From IMG/VR virus record IMGVR_UViG_3300045996_000592, positions 70,156 through 134,155 of that record: a DNA stretch of 64,000 nt; one strand, given 5' to 3'. The notes below the pieces were generated by a model that was not told the origin of the DNA, did no database searches, and worked only from the letters and a program-made list of their open reading frames with translations. Source of the DNA: a virus. The position numbers and the translations under genes were made by a program. Positions 55,102 to 63,245 of the stretch are shown here, piece after piece (position 1 is the stretch's first letter; each line of letters starts with the position of its first letter).

Positions 55102-55404
55102 ATGACACCAGAACAGATACTATCAACGATAGCAGAACATAACCTCAGTATTCGGCGTATGCCAGATGTAGTATACAGTAGCTACAGTATGGCTCACCAT
55201 AAAGAGGGTAACGAGATAAAAAAGTGGCTGCTGGACAACAACCGGTATAACTACGATTCCTACAGAGTAACAGACCACTCCTACGTTATCATAGACGATG
55301 ACGGGGATATGCTTTACCAACAACGACATAACTTCTTTCAGGTATCACCTTCTACAGGGCTGACCCGGGAGATAGCAGATAAAATTATTCAGTTTTTAAA
55401 ATAG
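55102..55404 (+). CDS. Hypothetical protein
   Basis: 100 aa. Confidence 0.65.
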   Translation: MTPEQILSTIAEHNLSIRRMPDVVYSSYSMAHHKEGNEIKKWLLDNNRYNYDSYRVTDHSYVIIDDDGDMLYQQRHNFFQVSPSTGLTREIADKIIQFLK

Positions 55405-55411
55405 ATATCTG

Positions 55412-56263
55412 ATGAAAAACACAATAGACTGTAAGGTAGTTAGGCTACCATTTGTTGAGGGGAGTATACTTCAGCTTACTAGTGATAAAAGAATATTAGC
55501 ACACGACAGAAGAAGTCCTCCTCCACATACTTTTATTGACCCTTGGAAGCAACAACACCTCTACTTCACCTCAGATGAGCCTATAAAAGAAGGTGATTGG
55601 TTGATACCCACTGATACAAAAGATGGTAAGATAGTAGGTTATCATAAACCAGAAAAAGCCAAATGCGATTATGGAGCCTCTATATACACATTAAAATGTG
55701 TAGCATCTACAGACTCATCATTAGGACTACCTACTATACAGGAAGAGTTCCTGAAGAAGTATGTAGCTGCTCAAGGTAAAATAGATAGTGTGAAGCTAGA
55801 AACTACAAAGATTGATAGACCAGGTACAATGCCGTTTGACCATCCTCAAATTTCTGTACTCAAACTCACAGACAATAACGAGGTAGTGATAACAGATGAT
55901 GATAAGGTTAAGCCATACATATTACCTGAAGATAAAGAACTGGAAGATGCTGCTAAGAGAAGGGTTACAGAGGTTTGGATTAAAGTAGATGCAGCGGATA
56001 TGCATACAGGAAAACTAACAATAAAAGACTTTAAAGCAGGTGCTAACTGGCAGAAAGAACGGTCTACTATCAGTACAGTCGTAGAAAACTTCCTTAGTAA
56101 GTTCTGTACAAGGGTAAGACCTGATGAAGATGCTGCTTATGTAGAACTAATGATGGATGATCACGACTGCGTTGTGTGGAAAAATGATGAGTGGTATATC
56201 CCGGAAAATAACTCTTTTTATACAGAGGAGGATGAATTATTAAGAAGCTTTCTTACAAAATAA
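55412..56263 (+). CDS. Mosaic hypothetical protein of the crAss early region
   Basis: QHLYFTSDEPIKEGDW..VASTDSSLGLP..LKLTDNNEV..DFKAGANWQ modules. Confidence 0.7.
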   Translation: MKNTIDCKVVRLPFVEGSILQLTSDKRILAHDRRSPPPHTFIDPWKQQHLYFTSDEPIKEGDWLIPTDTKDGKIVGYHKPEKAKCDYGASIYTLKCVASTDSSLGLPTIQEEFLKKYVAAQGKIDSVKLETTKIDRPGTMPFDHPQISVLKLTDNNEVVITDDDKVKPYILPEDKELEDAAKRRVTEVWIKVDAADMHTGKLTIKDFKAGANWQKERSTISTVVENFLSKFCTRVRPDEDAAYVELMMDDHDCVVWKNDEWYIPENNSFYTEEDELLRSFLTK

Positions 56264-56267
56264 TAGT

Positions 56268-56436
56268 AGTAGGGTAGGTAAAATAGGAAGCAGTATCCGC
56301 CAGCTACTGTAGAACCGGGAAGTGCGGGAACAAGCGCACACGAAGTTCCGGGTAAGACCACAATCACGGGCCGTAGAGGTTGATTTCCGATAGAGGAGCA
56401 GTCTTACCGGTGTGGGTTCAACTCCCACCCCTACTA
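56268..56436 (+). ncRNA. tRNA-like RNA (acceptor stem plus T-arm) with a ~130-nt structured insert
   Basis: AGTAGGG/CCCTACT-A acceptor, GTGGG-TTCAACT-CCCAC T-arm, inner stems GGTAAGAC/GTCTTACC, GTGCG/CGCAC and CAGTA/TACTG. Confidence 0.65.
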
Positions 56437-56466
56437 CATTTTTTAACTCACTAAAACTTTTATTTT

Positions 56467-56883
56467 ATGTGTCTAATAACTACTCAGAAGAGAGCTAAAA
56501 CAGCTGATAAAGACATGACCGTCTATAAATGTCTGGTACCTTCCGGTGATAAACTGAAAGCAGTTTACCGGTATTTTTTTTATGAATACGGAGTACTCTA
56601 TACTACCAAGATTAAAAAGGGTAATGATTGGTGTTGTTTTGACGATAAGGACCGAACCTGGTTAGATGAAAATTTTCCTCTCTGGCAAAACGGGAAGAAA
56701 ACGGACCTCATCTCTCTAGGGGAAGGGTTCCACTCGGCTAAAACCCGTAAAAGATTAAAGGATAATGGAGAAGATATATTTAGGTGTACTATCCCGGCAG
56801 GTTCTAAGTACTACGAAGACGCTACCGGGTTGATCATATCTAACCAGTTAATAGTACACAAACCACTTATCAGTTACCTCTGA
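56467..56883 (+). CDS. Conserved crAss-like hypothetical protein
   Basis: MCL..ADKDMTVYK..GFHS..CTIPAGSKYY..SNQL. Confidence 0.75.
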   Translation: MCLITTQKRAKTADKDMTVYKCLVPSGDKLKAVYRYFFYEYGVLYTTKIKKGNDWCCFDDKDRTWLDENFPLWQNGKKTDLISLGEGFHSAKTRKRLKDNGEDIFRCTIPAGSKYYEDATGLIISNQLIVHKPLISYL

Positions 56884-57056
56884 ACAGATGGGCCGGTTCA
56901 ACAACCGGTTACTAACAGGGGGAATACATACAGGATATCTTCCCGGATCTACCTGCAGCTGACCGAGAGTTTATTCTTTCCGGAATCACTAAAGAAGACT
57001 GGGATAAGATCATACCCGATGAAGAAGATCCTTCGGTAAAATACCCTGCTTTTTAA
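56870..57056 (+). pseudogene. Frameshifted, 5'-truncated remnant of a common small phage gene
   Basis: VTSEQMGRFNNRLLTG / EYIQDIFPDLPAADREFILSGITKEDWDKI join in frame only if the G5 run at 56918-56922 were G4. Confidence 0.55.
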
Positions 57057-57076
57057 CTAACACTTAAACTTATTTT

Positions 57077-57625
57077 ATGAGTGACTTTATAACCTGGGCC
57101 ATAGATCAGCACAGGAACACTAATCATCTGTATGCTGACATTATACCCTACGAGTTTCACCTGAAGATGGTGGTAAATGAAGTTGAGGCAGCTCTTGGTA
57201 ACCTTAGGGGCCTCACGTCTACTGAGGTATTAGCTGTTCATAGAGGCAGCCTTATTGAAGCAGCTTGGGGCCACGACTTATTGGAAGATTGCAGGGTAAC
57301 TTATAATGATCTGTATGGTGCAGGTTGTAGTGGGATGGCCGCAGATATAATCTACGCCCTTACTAATGAGAAAGGCCGGAACCGTAAAGAACGAGCTAAC
57401 GACCGGTACTACGAAGGAATCAGGAATACTCCTGGTGCAGGTTTGATAAAATTTTGTGACCGGATAGCTAACGTAAAGTTCGGTAAGATGATGAGGAGCC
57501 CGCAGTATGAGATGTACCGTAAGGAGAACCCGGAATTTATAGAGAAGGTCTGGGTCCCTGAGCTGGAAGAGTTCGGGGTTAAGACGGTCTTACAGGACCT
57601 GTTTGAAAAGAAGGTACTTGTTTAA
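57077..57625 (+). CDS. HD-domain small alarmone hydrolase (Mesh1/SpoT-HD-like)
   Basis: H..Y..PYEFHL, AAWGHDLLED, ALTNEKG and IKFCDRIAN. Confidence 0.85.
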   Translation: MSDFITWAIDQHRNTNHLYADIIPYEFHLKMVVNEVEAALGNLRGLTSTEVLAVHRGSLIEAAWGHDLLEDCRVTYNDLYGAGCSGMAADIIYALTNEKGRNRKERANDRYYEGIRNTPGAGLIKFCDRIANVKFGKMMRSPQYEMYRKENPEFIEKVWVPELEEFGVKTVLQDLFEKKVLV

Positions 57626-57643
57626 TTCACTAAAACTTATTTT

Positions 57644-57814
57644 ATGAGGAAGTTATATTTAACCTACATCTGGGTACTGATAGTTCTTACCCTGATCCTT
57701 GATATCGCGTTCTATACGGTACCCGATAAGAACACCTTTATGTGGGTATTTGTCAGTTACCTAAATGCTGGCGTACTGTTAGGAATACTCACCACTTACC
57801 GTTCAAACCGTTAG
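57644..57814 (+). CDS. 56-aa two-TM membrane protein
   Basis: MRKLYLTYIWVLIVLTLILDIAF...; CACTAAAAC leader. Confidence 0.65.
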   Translation: MRKLYLTYIWVLIVLTLILDIAFYTVPDKNTFMWVFVSYLNAGVLLGILTTYRSNR

Positions 57815-57818
57815 ACCC

Positions 57819-59039
57819 ATGAAGCTGAGACATCACCCCAAAGACCTCCTGCGGGAGGTAGCCCTTGAATGGGCCAGACTACACGATTGCCCGGAAACCT
57901 CTGAGGACTTCTTTATGAAGGCTGAAGAAGGGTATTATGACGCGATCCACACCAGGTACCATCCCACCCGGGGTAATATCCGGAGTAAATGTATCATCAG
58001 GGTAGCCACTCATGAGAACGGTTGGGCAGTCTATAATGAGATGTTCACAGTTGATTTTAAACCCCTGTCGTTTGTCCAGAAGAACCTGTTGAAATCAGGC
58101 CATCGTTATGTAGCCTACGAGAAAAAACAGGAGGTCGGCCGGATCTTCATCAAAAAGAACGGAATAGTATCCTCAGGTTCCGGTAAGTATATGCGGTACA
58201 TAGGGTTCCAGGGTAATGTACACAGTTTCGGGAACATCCCCATTAAGAGCTTCGCCAAGATGATATCCAACCGTCATAATAACGAATGGCTGGAACCCCT
58301 TATCCGGGGTATCGACTATATCGAGGGTTTGGGTATGGAACTTATCCGTAAGTGTAGCTCACTACAGGATTTCCTGAACGCTATTAACCTGACAGATCAC
58401 CCAGTCTCCCATAAGTGGTTCGAGGGGATGAACCTGAAGCTGATCGTAGAACGTATGAAACAGGCAGCCCTGTTACACAACCCGGTAGCCTATTTATCAA
58501 CCCCTATTATCGCCACCCATTCAGATAGTGACAATTACCAACTCCTGATAGACTCCTTTTCAATGGCTGAAAAACTGAACGAAAAGTTCTGGTTCAACCC
58601 AAAGAAGATTCGGGAAAAACATGACGAACTGGTACTCATACAGCTGGAGAAAGACACTACGATCCACTCAATAGAGGTATCCCCGTTCTGGAAGAAAGTT
58701 TATAAAGACCTCTTCACTGATTGGGAACTCATCGAGGACGGTAAGCGGTTAAAAAGGGAGGGTATACAGCAGAGTCATTGTGTTGATAGCTATCACTACA
58801 AGATATCTTCCGGGGAATGTATGATCCTGTCCCGTGAGTGGGAAGGTAAACGGTATACACTGGAACTCAAAAGAAAGATGGATAAAACCATTTACGTTAA
58901 CCAGTGCCAGGGGTTCGGTAACAGTTCAGCTCCCGGTCATCTCGTAGAAGACATAGACAACCGTCTGAAGGGTTATAACGTACCTGAAATAACTAATCCG
59001 GTTAGATCTGTAAAAGAGACGATAGATGTCCTGTTTTAA
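57819..59039 (+). CDS. PcfJ-domain protein
   Basis: EKHDEL..LKREGIQQSHCVDSY..YTLEL..NQCQGFGN. Confidence 0.8.
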   Translation: MKLRHHPKDLLREVALEWARLHDCPETSEDFFMKAEEGYYDAIHTRYHPTRGNIRSKCIIRVATHENGWAVYNEMFTVDFKPLSFVQKNLLKSGHRYVAYEKKQEVGRIFIKKNGIVSSGSGKYMRYIGFQGNVHSFGNIPIKSFAKMISNRHNNEWLEPLIRGIDYIEGLGMELIRKCSSLQDFLNAINLTDHPVSHKWFEGMNLKLIVERMKQAALLHNPVAYLSTPIIATHSDSDNYQLLIDSFSMAEKLNEKFWFNPKKIREKHDELVLIQLEKDTTIHSIEVSPFWKKVYKDLFTDWELIEDGKRLKREGIQQSHCVDSYHYKISSGECMILSREWEGKRYTLELKRKMDKTIYVNQCQGFGNSSAPGHLVEDIDNRLKGYNVPEITNPVRSVKETIDVLF

Positions 59040-59060
59040 TAACCCACTAAAACATCTTTT

Positions 59061-59153
59061 ATGACACGTAACCAACTTATTTACTGCTGGATCAGGACCG
59101 GGTTAGCCATACTCGGCATCCTGATAATGGCCGCCTTCATTCAAAAATACTGA
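59061..59153 (+). CDS. 30-aa single-TM peptide
   Basis: MTRNQLIYCWIRTGLAILGILIMAAFIQKY; CACTAAAAC leader. Confidence 0.5.
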   Translation: MTRNQLIYCWIRTGLAILGILIMAAFIQKY

Positions 59154-59154
59154 C

Positions 59155-59517
59155 ATGATACTAAAACTAAAAGACTGGTCAACGACTCCCGGCGGGCGTT
59201 CCCGTAGTTCCGGTAAGCATTCCGCGGAAGAATTCTACGAAGAAGTACTTAACCCGGCCATGCTGAAGGCCAACGAGCAGGGGGAGATGTTGATAGTAGA
59301 CCTCGATGGAACCGCAGGAATAGCTTCATCTTTCATAAATGAGGCGTTTGGCCGGCTAACACTTGACTTCAGCCAGATGAGAATCCGAATCGGGTTGGTC
59401 ATCATGTCAAATGAAGATCCCAACCTAAAAGCAGACGTATGGGCTGCTATAGATGAATGGGAACATTTGGGACCACCTGATAATTCACCTTTAAAAAAGA
59501 TAAAAGATGCCAGATAG
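59155..59517 (+). CDS. STAS-like DUF4325 protein
   Basis: TPGGR..SAEEF..VDLDGTAGIASSFINEAFGRL. Confidence 0.8.
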   Translation: MILKLKDWSTTPGGRSRSSGKHSAEEFYEEVLNPAMLKANEQGEMLIVDLDGTAGIASSFINEAFGRLTLDFSQMRIRIGLVIMSNEDPNLKADVWAAIDEWEHLGPPDNSPLKKIKDAR

Positions 59518-59929
59518 GATCATAGCACACGCAGAACCACCACCCGAAAGAGGGATATCTATCAGTACAGTAACCTCGGCTCCGACCCCTATGCTGGGAA
59601 CGATCGCTCATGTAGACCACGGTAAGACAACCTTGTCATCTGCCATAACACAGCTATTAGCAGAGAGTAAACACGGTTCACCGGACATATTAGTAGAAGA
59701 TGATAAAGTAAAAGTAGATAACCTTAAGTCAAATCTTTTATCTGAAGGATATTACCCGTATGTCTCGCAACATTATGCAGAGGCTTCTTATGAAGTACCG
59801 GTACCGTGGGGTTGGAGTATGCCTCCGCGCCCCCGGAAACTACATCATAACGGTAGACATATGATGCCTCCTAAAAAGAAGGCTCACAAGAGGCGTATCA
59901 CTAAACAGTCACGTAAAAATAACAGGTAA
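59507..59929 (+). CDS. Hypothetical protein carrying an EF-Tu G1 (P-loop) look-alike segment
   Basis: LGTIAHVDHGKTTLSSAITQLLA; basic C-terminal tail. Confidence 0.65.
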   Translation: MPDRIIAHAEPPPERGISISTVTSAPTPMLGTIAHVDHGKTTLSSAITQLLAESKHGSPDILVEDDKVKVDNLKSNLLSEGYYPYVSQHYAEASYEVPVPWGWSMPPRPRKLHHNGRHMMPPKKKAHKRRITKQSRKNNR

Positions 59930-59930
59930 A

Positions 59931-60536
59931 ATGGATAAAAAATATTGGGTAATCCTTAACTGGCATAGGCCATTAGACCCGGGGCAGATAGTAGTAGCAG
60001 GGGACTTCTCAACTAACGGAGAAGAGTGTTCCACGTTCTTTGAATACAAAGGAAAGAAGTATCACTGGGGGCCTTTGACAGATATACCGGACTATATGGC
60101 TGCCCACATAGGCACAGCCCGGATCTATTACGAAGTAACTGATAAGACTGCCGGCACTATGGCTGAAGAGTTTGATCGGGTACAGGAACAACATAAACCC
60201 GAGTCTATAACTACTATCGTAGCAGACATCAGGAATAAACTTACTCCTCTGTGTAATCTGGCAGCTATGACTAAGAGGTTAACTCCTAATAACACTGAGA
60301 TAACCAGGATGTTACGGAGGGAAGCAGTAACGGCACTAGAATATAGTGAGATAATCCGTAAGCAGTTAGAAAAAATTATAAAAACAGACTACCGGGTAGA
60401 AGATGTACTCAGAAATCAACTGGGGTTAGTTTATGACAGGATGAGAAATGCCTCAACAGAAGAAGATCGGATACATTGGGCTGGTTTTCGTCAGGGGATA
60501 AGGGATGTAATGTCAGAACTAGGAATAACTCCCTAA
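59931..60536 (+). CDS. Hypothetical protein
   Basis: 201 aa; DIRNKLT weakly recalls a HisKA helix but the His is missing. Confidence 0.65.
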   Translation: MDKKYWVILNWHRPLDPGQIVVAGDFSTNGEECSTFFEYKGKKYHWGPLTDIPDYMAAHIGTARIYYEVTDKTAGTMAEEFDRVQEQHKPESITTIVADIRNKLTPLCNLAAMTKRLTPNNTEITRMLRREAVTALEYSEIIRKQLEKIIKTDYRVEDVLRNQLGLVYDRMRNASTEEDRIHWAGFRQGIRDVMSELGITP

Positions 60537-60541
60537 AAATA

Positions 60542-60573
60542 TTTGGGTACTCCACTAAAACACACTAATTTAG
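60542..60573 (+). promoter_or_regulatory. Bacteroidota-type promoter
   Basis: TTTG-N20-TAATTTAG. Confidence 0.6.
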
Positions 60574-60656
60574 GTAACCTATAAGAAGACAGGGGAACTA
60601 TCTTAGGTTTTTAAAAGTAATAATTATTCACACTCATCTCAAAAACACAAAAATTC

Positions 60657-61205
60657 ATGAAAAACATTAAAGGTATCATTATCCTCGCAGTCAGCCTCCT
60701 TATTATAGGTGGGTTATCTATGTCATTTATCTCTTTTTCTAACACAGAGGTAGACCTTCGTAACCGGTACACCCAGAAAATAGATGAGCGTACGGCCTTC
60801 TACGATAAAATGTGGAAGACCTTATCTCAAAAGTCACAGATAGCGCTTCGTAATGATTCTTCGTTTGCCCGTAACGTAAATGCTATCATGGCCGGCAGGA
60901 AGGATGCGCCCCAGCTCTTTATGAAATGGGTACAGGAGTCTAGCCCGAACGCTAATTATTCAGAGGTATCAAAACTGTATTCAGACCTTAGCCGTGCTGT
61001 AGAAGGCCAGCGTGATGGATTTTTTATGGAAGAAAAGATGATACAGGATATCGTCTATCAGCACTCCAACCTTATTAAAAAGTTCCCTGGTAGCCTGTAT
61101 AACGCACTTGCCGGCCGTACTGTATTATCATATAAACCGATCACTTCTGACCGGACGGATGATGTAAACCGCACAGGAAAAGATAACGACGTCAAACTAC
61201 TATAA
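60657..61205 (+). CDS. LemA-like membrane-anchored helical protein
   Basis: N-terminal TM, coiled coil, C-terminal HSNLIKKFPGSL. Confidence 0.6.
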   Translation: MKNIKGIIILAVSLLIIGGLSMSFISFSNTEVDLRNRYTQKIDERTAFYDKMWKTLSQKSQIALRNDSSFARNVNAIMAGRKDAPQLFMKWVQESSPNANYSEVSKLYSDLSRAVEGQRDGFFMEEKMIQDIVYQHSNLIKKFPGSLYNALAGRTVLSYKPITSDRTDDVNRTGKDNDVKLL

Positions 61206-62368
61206 TGATCTGGCTCTCCTTAACAGTGCCCGTCATCGGGATATTCCTGATGTATTACTGGTTCCGAAAAAAGTTCCAGATAAAAGACCTTCTAATACCA
61301 TTAGGCATATGCCTGGTTCTAACCTGTGCGTTAAAACTGATCGGTGAAGAAACCCAGGTAAGCTGCATAGAATATGAAGGAGATCTTGGCTATAAAGCAC
61401 AGTATTATGAGCCATGGTCTACATGGGTGGACCAGACGTGTGCTCGGCAGGTAGCCTGCGGGACAGACTCCAAGGGGAATACCCAGTACTGTACAAAATC
61501 TTATGACTGCAGTTATTGTTCTGACCATGGCGCAGACTACTATCTGGTAGACTATAGTGGGCATAAGTTCGATATATCGGTAACCTACTATAATTACCTA
61601 ACCAAAAAATGGTCTGCTACACCTAAGTTCGTAGAACTGGCTCGTGATATAGACCATCATGGTAGTTGTGGCGTGGATGGTGATCTGTACGAAATATTTT
61701 GGGACAGGAAGGTATTAACTTCTGTGCCGACTACCTGGACACATATTTACGAGAACCGGGTAAAGGTATCCTCCTCTGCATTTCGTTACCCTACAGTATC
61801 AGAACAAGATAAACAGATGTACGGGTTGTATGATTATCCGGAAGTGAAAGGGTTCAATCAGCAGTCGGTACTTGGTGCTGAACAGTTCAGCTGGCTGTCC
61901 CCAGTAGACAAGGTCCTGGCGGAAAAATACTGCCAGTATCTCTGCGGTTATTATGGCCCGCGTAAGCAGCTAAAGTTATGGGTGCTATTGTATAAGAACC
62001 AACCATCCTTATCTGCTGATATGCAGGAGGCCTACTGGAATAACGGGAACAAGAACGAGATGGTGGTTTGTATAGGGCTCGATAGCGTAAGCCGTAAAAT
62101 ACAGTGGGTACGCCCGTTTTCGTGGACAACCAACCGGACTTTACTGGCGGATATCCGGGAAGACTTAATGGAGATAGGTGATTATGACTTCCTAAGAATA
62201 TACCCGGTACTCAGTAAAAATTTATCGTCGTTCGAACGAAGGCATTTCAAGGAATTCAAGTACCTGAGTGTACAATCTCCAACCTGGGCCATCGTCTTAA
62301 CATATATCCTGAACTTAATAGTTACCGGCCTTTACGGTTACTTAAGGTTTATCAGGGGCTCATTTTAA
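61205..62368 (+). CDS. Membrane protein with a Cys-rich periplasmic domain (partner of the LemA-like gene)
   Basis: Two N-terminal TMs and one C-terminal TM; QEAYW..GNKNE..FSW..FERR; TAATG coupling. Confidence 0.65.
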   Translation: MIWLSLTVPVIGIFLMYYWFRKKFQIKDLLIPLGICLVLTCALKLIGEETQVSCIEYEGDLGYKAQYYEPWSTWVDQTCARQVACGTDSKGNTQYCTKSYDCSYCSDHGADYYLVDYSGHKFDISVTYYNYLTKKWSATPKFVELARDIDHHGSCGVDGDLYEIFWDRKVLTSVPTTWTHIYENRVKVSSSAFRYPTVSEQDKQMYGLYDYPEVKGFNQQSVLGAEQFSWLSPVDKVLAEKYCQYLCGYYGPRKQLKLWVLLYKNQPSLSADMQEAYWNNGNKNEMVVCIGLDSVSRKIQWVRPFSWTTNRTLLADIREDLMEIGDYDFLRIYPVLSKNLSSFERRHFKEFKYLSVQSPTWAIVLTYILNLIVTGLYGYLRFIRGSF

Positions 62369-62400
62369 AGACACTTTCATAAGTAAGCAATAGTGTGTAC

Positions 62401-62431
62401 AGCCCCTTTATTCTTATCGGGGCTTCTTTTT
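62401..62431 (+). terminator. Intrinsic terminator
   Basis: AGCCCC...GGGGCT-TCTTTTT. Confidence 0.6.
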
Positions 62432-62444
62432 AAACTTAATAATC

Positions 62445-62783
62445 ATGATCCGACTCATTATAGAGACCGACCCGGTATGCGTAAAAGATGAAGGAGGGAA
62501 CATACTAAAGGAGTTCTCTTCTAAAGATCCCGGAATAATATTCGAGTTTATAACAGGTAAGGCAGACTTATATATCTGTAATGATCCGACACTCTATAAG
62601 CAGCTTTCTGACATGGAACACAGTTTAGTAAAGGGTAGTTATAAGAGAGCCGGGGAAGATCTCGAACACCTGCCAGATGACTATGTTTACCCATTTGGGA
62701 AGAATAAAGGAAAAAGAGCCTCGGAAGTCCCGACATCATATAAAAAATGGTGGGAAGCTGAAGTACCCCGTAAACGCTGGTAA
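62445..62783 (+). CDS. Protein with a C-terminal DUF3820-like motif
   Basis: YPFGKNKGK..SEVPTSYKKW. Confidence 0.6.
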   Translation: MIRLIIETDPVCVKDEGGNILKEFSSKDPGIIFEFITGKADLYICNDPTLYKQLSDMEHSLVKGSYKRAGEDLEHLPDDYVYPFGKNKGKRASEVPTSYKKWWEAEVPRKRW

Positions 62784-62810
62784 TAAATAACTTTTTAAAA
62801 GATAACAGAC

Positions 62811-62945
62811 ATGAATCCACAGAACCTACAACCACAGGAAGAAAAAGACCTTATCTGGTCAGAACCCCGTACAGCAGAAGAGCTCATCAAAGAGCTGGAC
62901 AAGAACTACATTATTCCATACCATCTCCTGGACTGGGAGGGTTAA
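62811..62945 (+). CDS. 44-aa hypothetical protein
   Basis: MNPQNLQPQEEKDLIWSEPRT... Confidence 0.4.
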   Translation: MNPQNLQPQEEKDLIWSEPRTAEELIKELDKNYIIPYHLLDWEG

Positions 62946-62956
62946 AACCCGGATAG

Positions 62957-63157
62957 ATGAAAAATATATTAGAAGGACCACTAACATTTGCTGTTAAAGT
63001 AGATAAAGTACAGACTATAGCGGATGCAGAAGGAGTAACAGATAAAAGGTTTGTAGAAAACCTTGAAGGATTACAGTTGGCTACATCAGATCTTCTGACC
63101 TATCACCGTGATCTTTACAGGAAGAGGCCTAATACCCAGCTGGGTTCTATCATATAA
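62957..63157 (+). CDS. Hypothetical protein
   Basis: 66 aa. Confidence 0.55.
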   Translation: MKNILEGPLTFAVKVDKVQTIADAEGVTDKRFVENLEGLQLATSDLLTYHRDLYRKRPNTQLGSII

Positions 63158-63245
63158 CCCGGTTGGAGCAGAATATCGGGGAACTCAAAAACCTCAAACA
63201 GGGAGTACTATTAGATTAATCTTATCACACTAAAAACTTATTTTT

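Noticed and set aside
56268-56436. tmRNA
   Set aside because: No G3-U70 alanine identity, only 169 nt long, and no tag reading frame.
59931-60536. Histidine kinase
   Set aside because: DIRNKLT lacks the phospho-accepting His and there is no ATPase domain.
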